From contig CAVTTR010000005.1 in the NCBI GenBank assembly GCA_963737745.1, positions 172,459 through 236,458 of the forward strand: a stretch of DNA of 64,000 bases, read 5' to 3'. The notes beneath the pieces were generated by a model. That model made no database searches, was not told where the DNA came from, and was given only the letters and a program-made list of their open reading frames with translations. The position numbers and the translations under genes were made by a program. Position 1 is the first letter of the stretch. The number at the start of each line of letters is the position of its first letter. This document shows, piece after piece, positions 9,512 to 18,497 of this stretch. Source of the DNA: an uncultured Acidimicrobiaceae bacterium (GTDB lineage Bacteria > Actinomycetota > Acidimicrobiia > Acidimicrobiales > RAAP-2).

Positions 9512-9999
9512 ACACGGCCGTCGAACCCACAGTTACAAGCAAGGTAGCGGGCAAGGTTCGAGGATTGCGGACCAACGCACTGGCAGGCCTGGTGATGCTC
9601 CTCCTCGAATACGGTCTTGGCGTCTGGACCAATCTCTACGGCCACCTTCCTGCATCAGATCACGGTAAAGGGACGTTCCCTGCGTTCGAAGGCGCAGTTG
9701 CTCACGGTCCGGTCGGCCTCACTGTTCATGCGTTGCTAGGCACTCTGTTGATTGTGACCGCCGTCTCGGTAGTCGTCCGGGCCACAAGGCTACGCCGATC
9801 TATTTTCATTGTCATCGCGAGCGTCGCTCTGTTGGCCATCCTCGCCGCCTGGTTCTCTGGAACCCAATTCGTCGGAGATGCCGCCAACGGCGCTTCTTTC
9901 GGCATGGCAATCTCCACCGCAGTGGCGATCCTGGGGTACGCGACGATCTTGTTCATCGCCGTTCCCGCATCCGGCTCCCATGGAACCCCCGGTGACTGA
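9508..9999 (+). CDS. Integral membrane protein (about 4 TM), overlapping the SDR stop (GTGA)
   Basis: The GTG at 9508 overlaps the TGA of the SDR. Hydrophobic segments include LAGLVMLLLEYGLGVW, LLGTLLIVTAVSVVV and IFIVIASVALLAILAAW. Confidence 0.6.
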   Translation: MNTAVEPTVTSKVAGKVRGLRTNALAGLVMLLLEYGLGVWTNLYGHLPASDHGKGTFPAFEGAVAHGPVGLTVHALLGTLLIVTAVSVVVRATRLRRSIFIVIASVALLAILAAWFSGTQFVGDAANGASFGMAISTAVAILGYATILFIAVPASGSHGTPGD

Positions 10000-10191
10000 G
10001 AGACAGCTCGTCAGGCGAGCAACCGAAGGATCAGGAGTCGGATTCCCACTGTAACGGAAGCCCCAAAGCTACTGAGCCTTCCTGTTCAGCGCGCGGACTA
10101 CGGTCGCGGCCAGAACTGTCCGCGGTGGGAGCAGCCCGGACTGCGCGACGGGCCCTCCCCGAGGTCGGCACCGTTGACTGCCCCTGAGACA

Positions 10192-11106
10192 GTGACCACC
10201 AGGACCCTCTCCCGCAGTTCCCATCGCTTGCTTCGTCGGAAATGCCGCCTTTATGGGTGGGGCTATGATGCGGGAACTTTTTGCCGCTTCCGGTGAGGCA
10301 CCGTGTGGCGCGCTCATTGCCGAGATCGACGGCGAGCCCGTCGGGTACGGCGACTTCGCTGCGATCGGTGTGCTCGACGGACACAGCGCGCCGGCGACTG
10401 TCTATGTGCGTCTCAGCGCCCGCAAGGGGCGGGTAATGCCCTCTGGGCTGCTGTGATGGAGATGTGTGGCCCCGATCGGGTCCGCGGGGTCATGATGTCG
10501 TCGGATGCAGACGATGTGCAATCCCGCGATATCGCGCTCGCTCGTGGTTTTCGTCTCGGGGGCCTCCACATCGAGAGTCAGCTTGATCTCGCCGCGATGG
10601 ATTTCGCGTCCATGGAGCACCGTGCCACTACGTCTGCTTGCCTCAACTTGCATCCTCTGGCTCCCGACACAGACGAGGAGACCTGGCATACCTTCGCGGT
10701 CCTTTCATGACCGTCTGACGGAGGACACCCCGGACAGAGCACCCGGGTCCGAACCAACGTCCTACGCCGTCATCCGTGCGTTTCTACCCGAACCGTGGCA
10801 GGTGATGGGGCGTGGGACGGGGACGAGATGGTGGGATTCACCGCGGTGTCCATACGCGACGCCGGTGCCGCCCGCGTTGTCAACACACACCTCACAGGCG
10901 TCCTACCTAATTTCCGTGGACATGGTATCGCGACGGCATTGAAGGCCGCGCACGCTCTCGCGCTCCATCAAGCGGGTCGGCGAACAATTAGAACGCAGAA
11001 CATGGACGGGAATATTCCCATTCTCGCCGCCAACAAGACTCTGGGATTCACGCGAGCTCGCGGTTTACAAGATCTCACCTACGATCACTCCGACACCCAC
11101 ATTTAG
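10192..11106 (+). pseudogene. Two-domain GNAT acetyltransferase with at least 3 frame changes
   Basis: Reading path: ORF 10253 (..IAEIDGEPVGYGDF..VYVRL), then ORF 10303 (GNALWAAVMEMC...ARGFRLGG...), then ORF 10505 (FHDRLTEDTPDRAPGSEP..), then ORF 10795 (..MVGFTAVS..FRGHGIATALK...NIPILAANKTLGF). The start is uncertain. Confidence 0.5.
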
Positions 11107-11260
11107 TCTCACCGTTGCCTTTTCGCGCACAATTTCATCAAGGTAACTCAGCCCAGACTTGATGGGTGGTAATCATCGACGCCTCGTCATAGAGAGCGGT
11201 CGTCGCGCCGAACGCCGACCACAAAGCGCTTGCGCAAGCCCAACTCTATGGGCGACCGAA

Positions 11261-11629
11261 CTACCGCCAGCAGCGAGTACCTACAGCCCTGAGTGTCTCC
11301 GGCGCCGGGAAGGGCACGGTGTATTCCATCCGACGGCCACCAATCGCTCCGAAGTTTTCTTTCTTCAGTCGGATCAAGGTCGGAGAAAATTCGACGATGC
11401 GGACCCGCTGCCCCGCGCCGTCCTCGAGACGAAGTTCATCTGGATCAGCAAGGTAGCCAATGGCCGCCTCATCGAGTGCTTGCTCGGCGCTGAGCCAATC
11501 CATCGCCGGTGATAGGTCCCGTCCGAGCAGATCGATGGGTACGAAGTTCTCACCCTCGAGCCGCATCCACCCTATGAGTTCGCCATCGATACGTCTGTGC
11601 TCGATCCAGCCGCTCTGTCCCACGATCAA
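11261..11629 (-). CDS. Hypothetical protein (122 aa)
   Basis: Open frame with balanced composition and no recognised motif. Confidence 0.35.
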   Translation of the reverse strand: MIVGQSGWIEHRRIDGELIGWMRLEGENFVPIDLLGRDLSPAMDWLSAEQALDEAAIGYLADPDELRLEDGAGQRVRIVEFSPTLIRLKKENFGAIGGRRMEYTVPFPAPETLRAVGTRCWR

Positions 11630-11947
11630 AGTATTGCCGTAGAGCGAACGAAACCGGGCAGCCGGTGGACGGCACCGGTCAAACCGGTTGAGGAGAAGTC
11701 GGGGGGGGTCCGTAGCACCCGCCCGAGAACAATTCCGGAACCGGCGTCAACTGGGACGGTCAACTCGGGCTTGTCCCTACGTCCCCATTCAAAAGCGCCA
11801 CCAAGAGGTTGAGTAGGGCAACGTGTAGGGCATGCGTCCCGCAAGAATGCTATTCAGATGCTCTTTTCAGATCGAGCTTGCGAATGTCCAGCGCAACGGC
11901 CAACAAGTGTTTGCGTCGCCCTGCGTACGCTGCACACGCAAAATTGA

Positions 11948-13020
11948 TCACTTGTAGGCGATGCCCGCACTGGCTGGCCCGGCGAGCGGCAGCACTTCGA
12001 CCGAGCTGAAGCCGACGTCGTGGCACCAGCCGCTGAAATCGGCGCCAGTGAAGTCGAACGCGTCGCCGAACTCGATGAGCATGTTGAGCGACATCATCAG
12101 CCCGAAGACGTTCTGCCGACGGTCGTCGTCGATGAGGTTCTCCATCGCGATGAACACGCCGCCGGGCGGCAGCGCGTCGTAGGCCTGCCGGATCAGATCC
12201 AGCTTCCGGTCCAGGTTCCAGTCATGCAGGATCATGCCCATGGTGATCACGTCGGCCTTGGGCAGCGGGTCGGCGAAGAAGTCACCGCCCACCGCCGTCG
12301 ACCCGGTCGCTCGATCTTCGCCTCGGCGATCGTCCGGTCGCGCGATCGGCTCCACGACCGGCAGGTCGAAGCTGGTGCAGCGCAGATGCGGGTGGTGCTG
12401 CGCCAGGATGATCGAGAGCTGGCCGGTCGCCCCGCCGACATCGCACACCGTCGAGTAGCGGCGAGAAATCGAACTTCTCGGCCAGGGCATGGAAGTTGCC
12501 GGCCGAGATGCCGGACATGGCGCGCATGAACTGCTCGAGCCGCGTCCGGGTCGGCGTAGAGCTCGGTCGAACATCGAGCGTGCCGGTGTGCTTGATCTCG
12601 TTCTGCGGCTGCGCCGGTCCGCAGCGCCTCGGTCAGGCCGCCCCAGAACCGGTAGAGCCGGGCGTTGGCCATCTCCAGGATCCCGCCGATATAGGCGGGG
12701 CTCAGTCTGTGTCGAGAAACAAGGCCGTGTCGGCGGTGTTTCGGTAGTGCGGCTTCTTCGCCACCTCCGTCGCGGTCGAGGAGACGCAGGGCGACCAGGC
12801 CATCGAGGAAGTCGAAAACGGCTCGCGACCTCAAGCCGTGATGCTCCGCTATCTCCCGGCCGGTCATGGCAACCGTGCCGAGGGTGCTGAACAGCCCAAG
12901 CTCGACCGCCGACAGCAGCACCTTCGAAGGCCAGAAACCCATGCCGACCTGCATGATCAGGGAGGGATCGAGCGAGGCATTCCCCTCCGCCGACACGTTG
13001 AGACCATCGATTTCGCCCAT
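11948..13020 (-). pseudogene. Class I SAM-dependent O-methyltransferase (with dimerisation domain), about 10 frame changes
   Basis: Family-typical peptides are spread over all three minus frames: MGEIDG..VELGLFSTL..LRLLDRDG / HYRNTADTALFLD / SPAYIGGILEMANARLYRFW / QPQNEIKHTG / ELYADPD / RLEQFMRAMSGISAGNFHALAEKFDFS / RYSTVCDVGGATGQLSI..DLPVV / TIAEAKIE / AVGGDFFADPLPKADVITMGMILHDW... Confidence 0.75.
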
Positions 13021-13123
13021 GCTTGCGCCTCCTTGCGCGGACCCTAACCACGACTTCGGCACTATAGACCGAAGTGGTCGGAAGTCCGGCTCTTGGCCAC
13101 GACTTGTTCGTAGCGCCGACGTG

Positions 13124-14177
13124 TCAGTGGGACGGGTGCATCAAGGCGCCAACCAGTTCCCGCCGACTGCGCACGCCGACCTTGTCGAACACCACCTTGA
13201 GGTGATCCTGCACGGTGTGTGCGCTGATGCAAAGGTCGACGACGATTTGGCTGGTCGTCTTCCCCTGAAGCACAAGGTTCGCCACTAAGCACTGCGCGGG
13301 CGTGAGACCGTAGGCGGCTAGGAGAAGCGACGAGCGCTCAGATGGTGCTGCCGGTCCGACGGTAAGCACTATTGGTCCGCTGCCCGCTCCGTCGTCGAGC
13401 CGCGCCGCGTGAATGGTGACGAGCGCTCCACTCCGCGTGGTCATTCTGATGTATGCGGGCGTCGGGTCGAGACCTCCGCCGTCGACCTCAATAGCCTCAA
13501 GACGGCGTACCAACGTTGCAAGAGGTACGGGAAGCGGCCCACCAACCATGAGTGGTCCGCCTTCGATCTCCTCAACAGCTCCGGCGATAGCCAGCACAAG
13601 GTGACCGCCGACGAGAATCACTGCCTGTGGCGCGTTGGTTGGCGCGTCGGTAACGACTGCGGAACGGCGCATCGCCTCGCCAGCGTGAGGTGCCACCTTG
13701 CGCAGAATCGCCATCTCGCTCGCACTGAAGCCCACGGCGCCAGAGCGGTGAAGGCACAGGAATCCCCACACCGTCGCGTCGACCCGTAGTGCGACCCTCA
13801 GTTCGTCGCCCATCCCGAGCGGATCCATGATCTCCCGCCACCTCATGCTGGCCCCCCGCACCCCGCCGGTGGCGACATCCAGGGACGCGACCGGGTCGCG
13901 GGCCCGGGCGAGGTCGACGAAGCGATTGACGTCGGCGTCGGGCGCCGAACTCGTTGTCGAGAAACAGCGGAGCTGACGTCACCAGGGGCTCTTCCGCGAA
14001 CGCGCTGGTGAATAGCAGCGTGGCCGGGTCGGCGCCGGCCACAAAGGCGGCATCGAATGGCACCACCCGCCGCAACGCACGCAAGAGCCCGCCGCGGATG
14101 GTACCGAGATCCTCGCCGGCCGAGTAACAGGCTCGGACGACGCCCTGCGCGGCGTGATCAGGTATCGAGCCGGGCAT
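13124..14177 (-). pseudogene. LuxR-family regulator (N-terminal sensory domain plus C-terminal HTH), one frame change near 13940
   Basis: ORF 13572..14177 reads well only to ..LFLDNEFGA. It continues in the frame of ORF 13124..13861 (PDADVNRFVDLARARD...MRWREIMDPLG... LTPAQCLVANLVLQGKTTSQIVVDLCISAHTVQDHLKVVFDKVGV). Confidence 0.75.
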
Positions 14178-14249
14178 TGATGGCCAACGCTACGCCCATC
14201 CCAGCAAGTTGGGATGGGCGTAGCGCTCGACCAGGGGCAGAGTGGTCAC

Positions 14250-14985
14250 ATGACCACCGCCCTCGACACCACTACCACCGAGATCGCCCCAGGGATCCAC
14301 CGGATCTCGACCTACCTGCCCGATGGGCCACCCGGCGGGATCACCTTCAACCAGTTCGTGGTCAAGGGCGACGAGCCGTTGCTCTTCCACACCGGCACCC
14401 GCCGGCTTTTCCCAACCGTGAGCGACGCTGTGGCTACCGTCGTGGATCCGACGTCCATCCGCTGGATCAGCTCGGGCAACGCCTCGCGACCCGACGAGTA
14501 CGGCTCACTCAACGAGTGGGAGTCACTTGCCCCGTCAGCCTTGGCGATCCATGGCGAAGCGGGATGCTTCCTCTGCCTCTCAGACATGGCCACCCGTCCT
14601 CCCCGGCCCATTGGCCGACGGGGAGATCGATCGATATCGGTGGCCATCTCCTGCAGTGGATCGACACGCCCCACGTCCCCGGGCCATGGGAGGCGGGCGT
14701 CCTCTTCGACGTCACCACCAAACCCTGTTCTGCGGGGACCTGTTCTCCCGCACCGGTCCGGCAACGGCCACGACTACCGATGGCATCGCCGACGCGGCCA
14801 TCGCCCACGACCAGCTGATGCACGGTCACGCCTACACCCCGGCCACCGGGCCAACGCTTCGACGCCTGGCGGCCCTCAAGCCCGAGGCCCTCGCTCTGAT
14901 GCATGGCCCGACCTTCCTCGGTGACGGCGCGGTCCAACTCGCCGCTCTAGCCGACTACTTCGACAGTCGGTTAGCTGCTGCATAG
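14250..14985 (+). pseudogene. MBL-fold metallo-hydrolase-like protein, 3 frame changes
   Basis: Path: ORF 14214 (MTTALDTTTTEIAPGIHRISTYLPDG...DMATRPPRP), then ORF 14527 (LADGEI), then ORF 14057 (IDIGGHLLQWIDTPHVPGPWEAGVLFDVTTK), then ORF 14527 (TLFCGDLFSRTG...ALMHGPTF). Confidence 0.65.
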
Positions 14986-15229
14986 CGCGGCGAGCACGTG
15001 CAGAACTGGGTCTGGACAATCTGGGCGGCGAAGACGGCGTCGTGAACCTCGGGGCCAATCCAGCGCTGGACGAAGGTAAGGCATGCTCGTCGTCCCGATC
15101 TCGGTACAGGTCGAACGACTCGCAACCCTCGGCAGCTCGCATGCGGTCCCGGCCTTCGGTCAACAGTGCTACGAGCATGCCCTCCCGACCCGGAGCAGAG
15201 TGGAACTCTGAGATGTGCGTGATGCTCAT
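14955..15229 (-). pseudogene. Antibiotic-biosynthesis-monooxygenase (ABM)-like protein, one frame change near 15075
   Basis: MSITHISEFHSAPGREGMLVALL...CESFDLYRDRDDEHA (ORF 14876..15229) continues as LTFVQRWIGPEVHDAVFAAQ.. in the frame of ORF 14955..15485. Confidence 0.5.
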
Positions 15230-15450
15230 CAGAAGAGCACCTCTCTGGCGAGTAGTCCATTACTCGGTTGCTGGGAGCCGACCGTCCAGCAGAAATCGAG
15301 AGCGTCGAGATAAAGATGTTCCGAGACGTGTATGGGCACGAGGACTCCTGAAATTCGAGTCTGTCGATTCGAGCGACGATCATGCTTGCGCGATCGGGCA
15401 TCGCACATTGGAATCGCACTTGCCGATCGGGGCTGCCCCGCACACCGGTG

Positions 15451-16010
15451 TCAGCGGCGTCGTAGTCCCCCCTGGAGCCATACATCCACGACAGCCAGCG
15501 GAGTGCGCTCGGGTTCGGGAGGCAACTGGTCGCCGAACACCTCGCTGAGCAGACCGTGCACGACGGGGTGAAGCCGCTCCTCGGCGAAACGGTCCCAGTG
15601 TTGGTCGGACTCCCATATGTCGATGTAGCGCAGCCCGCCCTCCGGTCGCTTCACCGCGATATGGGCTATGAGGTCTGTGAAGAGGTCGATCGAGTTCGAG
15701 AGCGCCGTGTTCGGGGACAGTTGTAGCGAAACCTACGATCAGATCCGGCTCGAGGGATGCAACCCGGACTCGGGCGCCCAACTAAGGCGAGATCGCAAAC
15801 ACAAGTCGTTCTGGATGATCGACAAGAACTATTTCGGTCGGCCTCATTTGATAAAGATGCTCGCCGGTACACCTCTTGAAGCCTTGGGAGATCATTCTCC
15901 GTAGCGTCTCTGAAAGGGAAGCGCACCCCCAAAGTCCGGCCGAACTGAGACCCGCGCCACGTCCGATTACCGATCGACAACTGACGATGGGCTGCTTCAC
16001 GCCCACCGGG
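15451..16010 (-). pseudogene. Gene remnants: a GNAT-like N-terminus and an unrelated small-domain fragment
   Basis: FRDATENDLPRLQEVYRRASLSNEADR, IVLVDHPERLVF and LIVGFATTVPEHGALELD lie in different frames. They are followed by GLRYIDIWESDQHWDRFAEERLHP (ORF 15451..15654). No continuous frame exists. Confidence 0.3.
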
Positions 16011-16038
16011 CCCCGGTCGGGGCCCTAGGTCTTGGCCA

Positions 16039-16128
16039 GCATGACATCGTTCCGGTGATTCCCCAGGTCTGATGACCGCAAGACATCGTTCCGTCTGTGG
16101 CAGGGCGTTTCCTGCAGGACATCGTTCC
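16039..16128. repeat. Left-end array: 3 inverted copies of the IS motif (GCA[T/A/G]GACATCGTTCC)
   Basis: Copies at 16039-16053, 16078-16092 and 16114-16128, spaced 39 and 36 nt. The innermost copy ends 3 nt before the transposase stop codon. Confidence 0.85.
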
Positions 16129-16131
16129 GGT

Positions 16132-17317
16132 TCAGCGCAGGATCCGTGAGATGGCGAAATCGCCGTCATGGATGATCTCGCCTTTGAGGGTGACCACAGT
16201 GAGCTGTTTGGAACGAACCCGGATGGTGGCGGTGACGTACTGGTGCGTGTGCTCTTCGGCGACGGTCAGGCGCTTGCCGAAGAGGTCGAGGCGTCGGTTG
16301 GAACGGATGTAGCGGATCACTTCAATGCGGCCCTTGGCCGGCAGGCTTGTGGGTACCTCGTAGTCCCTTTGCAGTGGGCGATAGAGGCGCCCCGACCACA
16401 TCTCGTCCGGACTGGCCCCGCCGTGGGCGGAGTAGCGATGGTGCTCGTTGTGGAAGGCCACGAAGCTGGCATTCTCGGCTTGGAGGTGCTCGAGATCACC
16501 GAAGCGAGCGGTGCGGAAGAAGCTCTTGTCCCACACGTCGTTGAAATGCTCGACCACCCCATTGCGCCACGGTTCACGCAGCGGGATGAAGCGGGGCACG
16601 ACATCGAGGTCCAAGCAGGTGGCGACAACGGGGCCGAAGTTCGCCCAGGCCGGGGGGATCCCACCTCCGAAGTTGGAGTGGTTGTCGAACTGGGCCACGG
16701 CCGGCACCCCGAGGGTGGACCACATGGTGGCCATGCGCGCGGCCACCCAGTTCGGGCGGGGTGTGGTGAGGATGGCGCTGCCCGCCGCGTGCGAGCCCAC
16801 GTCGACCAGGTTCAAGGCGTGGAACTCGACGGCTCCCTCGAGGTGGCGGGGCCCGATCATGTCGATCTGGTGGATGGTCCCCGGCTCGGGATCGGGTGCG
16901 CTCGGGTAGGGAACGCCCTTGGACACATAACCCGCTACTCGGCGCCGGGGCCGGGCGAGTCCCGCGGCCCCGATGACCCGCTCGATGGTCCAACGCGGCG
17001 GGATGGGGTCGACGCCCATGCGGCGCAGCTCCCACGCCACGGCCAGCGGTCCGTATTGCGCTCGGGGGTTGCGCCACCAGGCGAGCGCGCGCGTCGATGA
17101 TCGAACGACGCACCTCGTCAGACGTGCGCGTGGGTGAGGTGTGCGGTGCCCGAGATCGCCCGACGGCCCACTCCTGGTTGCTCACCTCCTCGGTGGCTCG
17201 GACCGCCCACTTGCGCACCCAGCGACTGGTACGCCCCAGCGCAAGAGCGACCTCTTCGGCACTCTCGCCGGACTGGCGACGCCGAACCGCCTCTTTGCGC
17301 AACTCCTCTTCGGACAC
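16132..17317 (-). pseudogene. DDE transposase (N-terminal HTH plus integrase-core rve domain), +1 frame change near 17070
   Basis: MSEEELRKEAVRRRQSGESAEEVALALGRTSRWVRKW...IIDARARLV (ORF 16574..17317) continues as NPRAQYGPLAVAWELRRMGVDPIPPRWTIERV...IHQIDMIGP...FDNHSNFGG...PWRNGVVEHFN (ORF 16132..17040). Confidence 0.8.
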
Positions 17318-17358
17318 GTGGTCTCCTCGCTCGCTTGGAACAATGGAGCCAAGTCGAC

Positions 17359-17470
17359 GGAACGATGTCCTGCGGTTACCTCACCTCACCAGCCGGAACG
17401 ATGTCCTGCAGTCGAGGGACCTGCGGGACCGGAACGATGTCTTGCGGTGTGCGACGGAACGATGTCCTGC
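17359..17470. repeat. Right-end array: 4 direct copies of GGAACGATGTC[C/T]TGC
   Basis: Copies at 17359-17373, 17395-17409, 17431-17445 and 17456-17470, spaced 36, 36 and 25 nt. Confidence 0.85.
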
Positions 17471-17476
17471 GGGCCG

Positions 17477-18019
17477 TCACCTAGTTTGCGGAGAGCGGTC
17501 TAGCGCCGTCGCCGGTAGCCGGGCCCCCGTTCCGGGCCGACCACAGCGTGGTATTCCTGTGCCGAGGCGGGCCATGATGCGAGTGAGGTCAGCGAGATCG
17601 TGATCATCGAGCACGTCGCCGAAGACCTGTTGCAGGAATGCGTGATGGCGAGGACGGGCGCTTCTCACTAGGTCGCGTCCGTGCGTGGTGAGGGCCACGA
17701 ATGTCGAGCGGGCATCGACGGGATCGGGCTGTCGCTCGACGAGACCGGAGTCCTGCATGCGGTCGAGCAACTTCGACAATCCCGACGGGGACAAGACCAC
17801 GGCTTGTGCGAGGTCGGTGAGCCGGAGTAGGCCCCCGGCCATGTCGAGGTGCATGAGAACGTCGTAACGCGCCACGGTGAGCCCGCTGTTGAGGCGGACG
17901 TCGAGCTCGAGCTGGTCCTTCAGTCGTGCGTGGGTGCGCAGCAGGGCGAGGAACGCCGGCATCCACCTGGCTGACTCGTTCTCACTCACGCCGTCCAGTC
18001 TAGAGGAAGTACTTGACAT
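17477..18019 (-). CDS. MarR-family transcriptional regulator
   Basis: LTVARYDVLMHLDMAGGLLRLTDLAQAVVLSPSGLSKLLDRMQDSGLVERQPDPVDARSTFVALT is a MarR winged helix. Start at ATG 18019. The stop lies 6 nt from the IS end. Confidence 0.8.
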   Translation of the reverse strand: MSSTSSRLDGVSENESARWMPAFLALLRTHARLKDQLELDVRLNSGLTVARYDVLMHLDMAGGLLRLTDLAQAVVLSPSGLSKLLDRMQDSGLVERQPDPVDARSTFVALTTHGRDLVRSARPRHHAFLQQVFGDVLDDHDLADLTRIMARLGTGIPRCGRPGTGARLPATALDRSPQTR

Positions 18020-18119
18020 GCCAAGGAATCGGTGCTCATACTTGGCACGACAAGCGTTTCCGGACGCAGGTGGACGCCGGATACGTTCTGCCCCCACCCA
18101 AGAAGAGAGGAACAAACTG

Positions 18120-18461
18120 ATGCCGACGATCGCTTTCGCCGCCCCCTTGCTGCCGGGCATGAGCGGACTTGACCGGGATGTCATGGCGTCTTTCCGGGCT
18201 GGCGAGCGCAAGACCGACTATGAAGACGCCCGCCGCCGAGCCGGAATTACCCGCGAAACGGTATGGATACAGACGACACCGGCCGGAGATATGGCCATTG
18301 TTTACATGGAGGCAGACGATCTCGACATCGCCTTCACCGCACTCGGCAAGTCGGACGAGCCATTCAATCAATGGTTTCGCGAGCACGTCCAGCGAGTCCA
18401 CGGCTTCTCACTGGCCGACGAGTTCCATGCACCGGAACAGGTTCTGGACTTCATTGCCTGA
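18120..18461 (+). CDS. Hypothetical protein (113 aa), divergent from MarR
   Basis: ATG 18120 preceded by AGAAGAGAGG. The peptide MPTIAFAAPLLPGMSGLDRDVMASFRAGERKTDYEDARRRAGITRETVWIQ.. has no recognised motif. Confidence 0.55.
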   Translation: MPTIAFAAPLLPGMSGLDRDVMASFRAGERKTDYEDARRRAGITRETVWIQTTPAGDMAIVYMEADDLDIAFTALGKSDEPFNQWFREHVQRVHGFSLADEFHAPEQVLDFIA

Positions 18462-18497
18462 CCGACCTCGGCCTAACGGCACGGCCTAAGCGGCTAT

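Larger units (their letters stand above)
16039..17470 (-). mobile_element. Insertion sequence (about 1.43 kb) encoding one HTH + rve DDE transposase, bounded by arrays of a 15-bp motif
   Basis: GGAACGATGTC(C/T/A)TGC occurs 4 times in direct orientation at 17359, 17395, 17431 and 17456. It occurs 3 times inverted at 16039, 16078 and 16114. The transposase gene fills the space between the arrays. Confidence 0.8.

Noticed and set aside
17060-17085. Programmed -1 ribosomal frameshift in the rve transposase (IS3-like OrfA/OrfB).
   Set aside because: The required shift is +1, there is no A-rich slippery heptamer, and the site abuts a C5 homopolymer. It is more likely a mutation or sequencing error.
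16168-17100. Long ORFs antisense to clearly assigned genes. Examples: 16168..17100+, 18792..19784+, 32589..33782+, 36439..37281+, 38247..39701-, 47209..48894+, 52666..54546+ and 60623..63088+.
   Set aside because: They lie opposite genes with strong family motifs, are Arg/Gly/Pro/Ala-rich, and carry no recognisable motifs. These are typical shadow ORFs of high-GC DNA.
16020-17490. Target-site duplication flanking the multi-repeat IS.
   Set aside because: The flanks (..GGCCCTAGGTCTTGGCCA and GGGCCGTCACCTAG..) share no convincing short direct repeat. The exact ends are uncertain without other copies.
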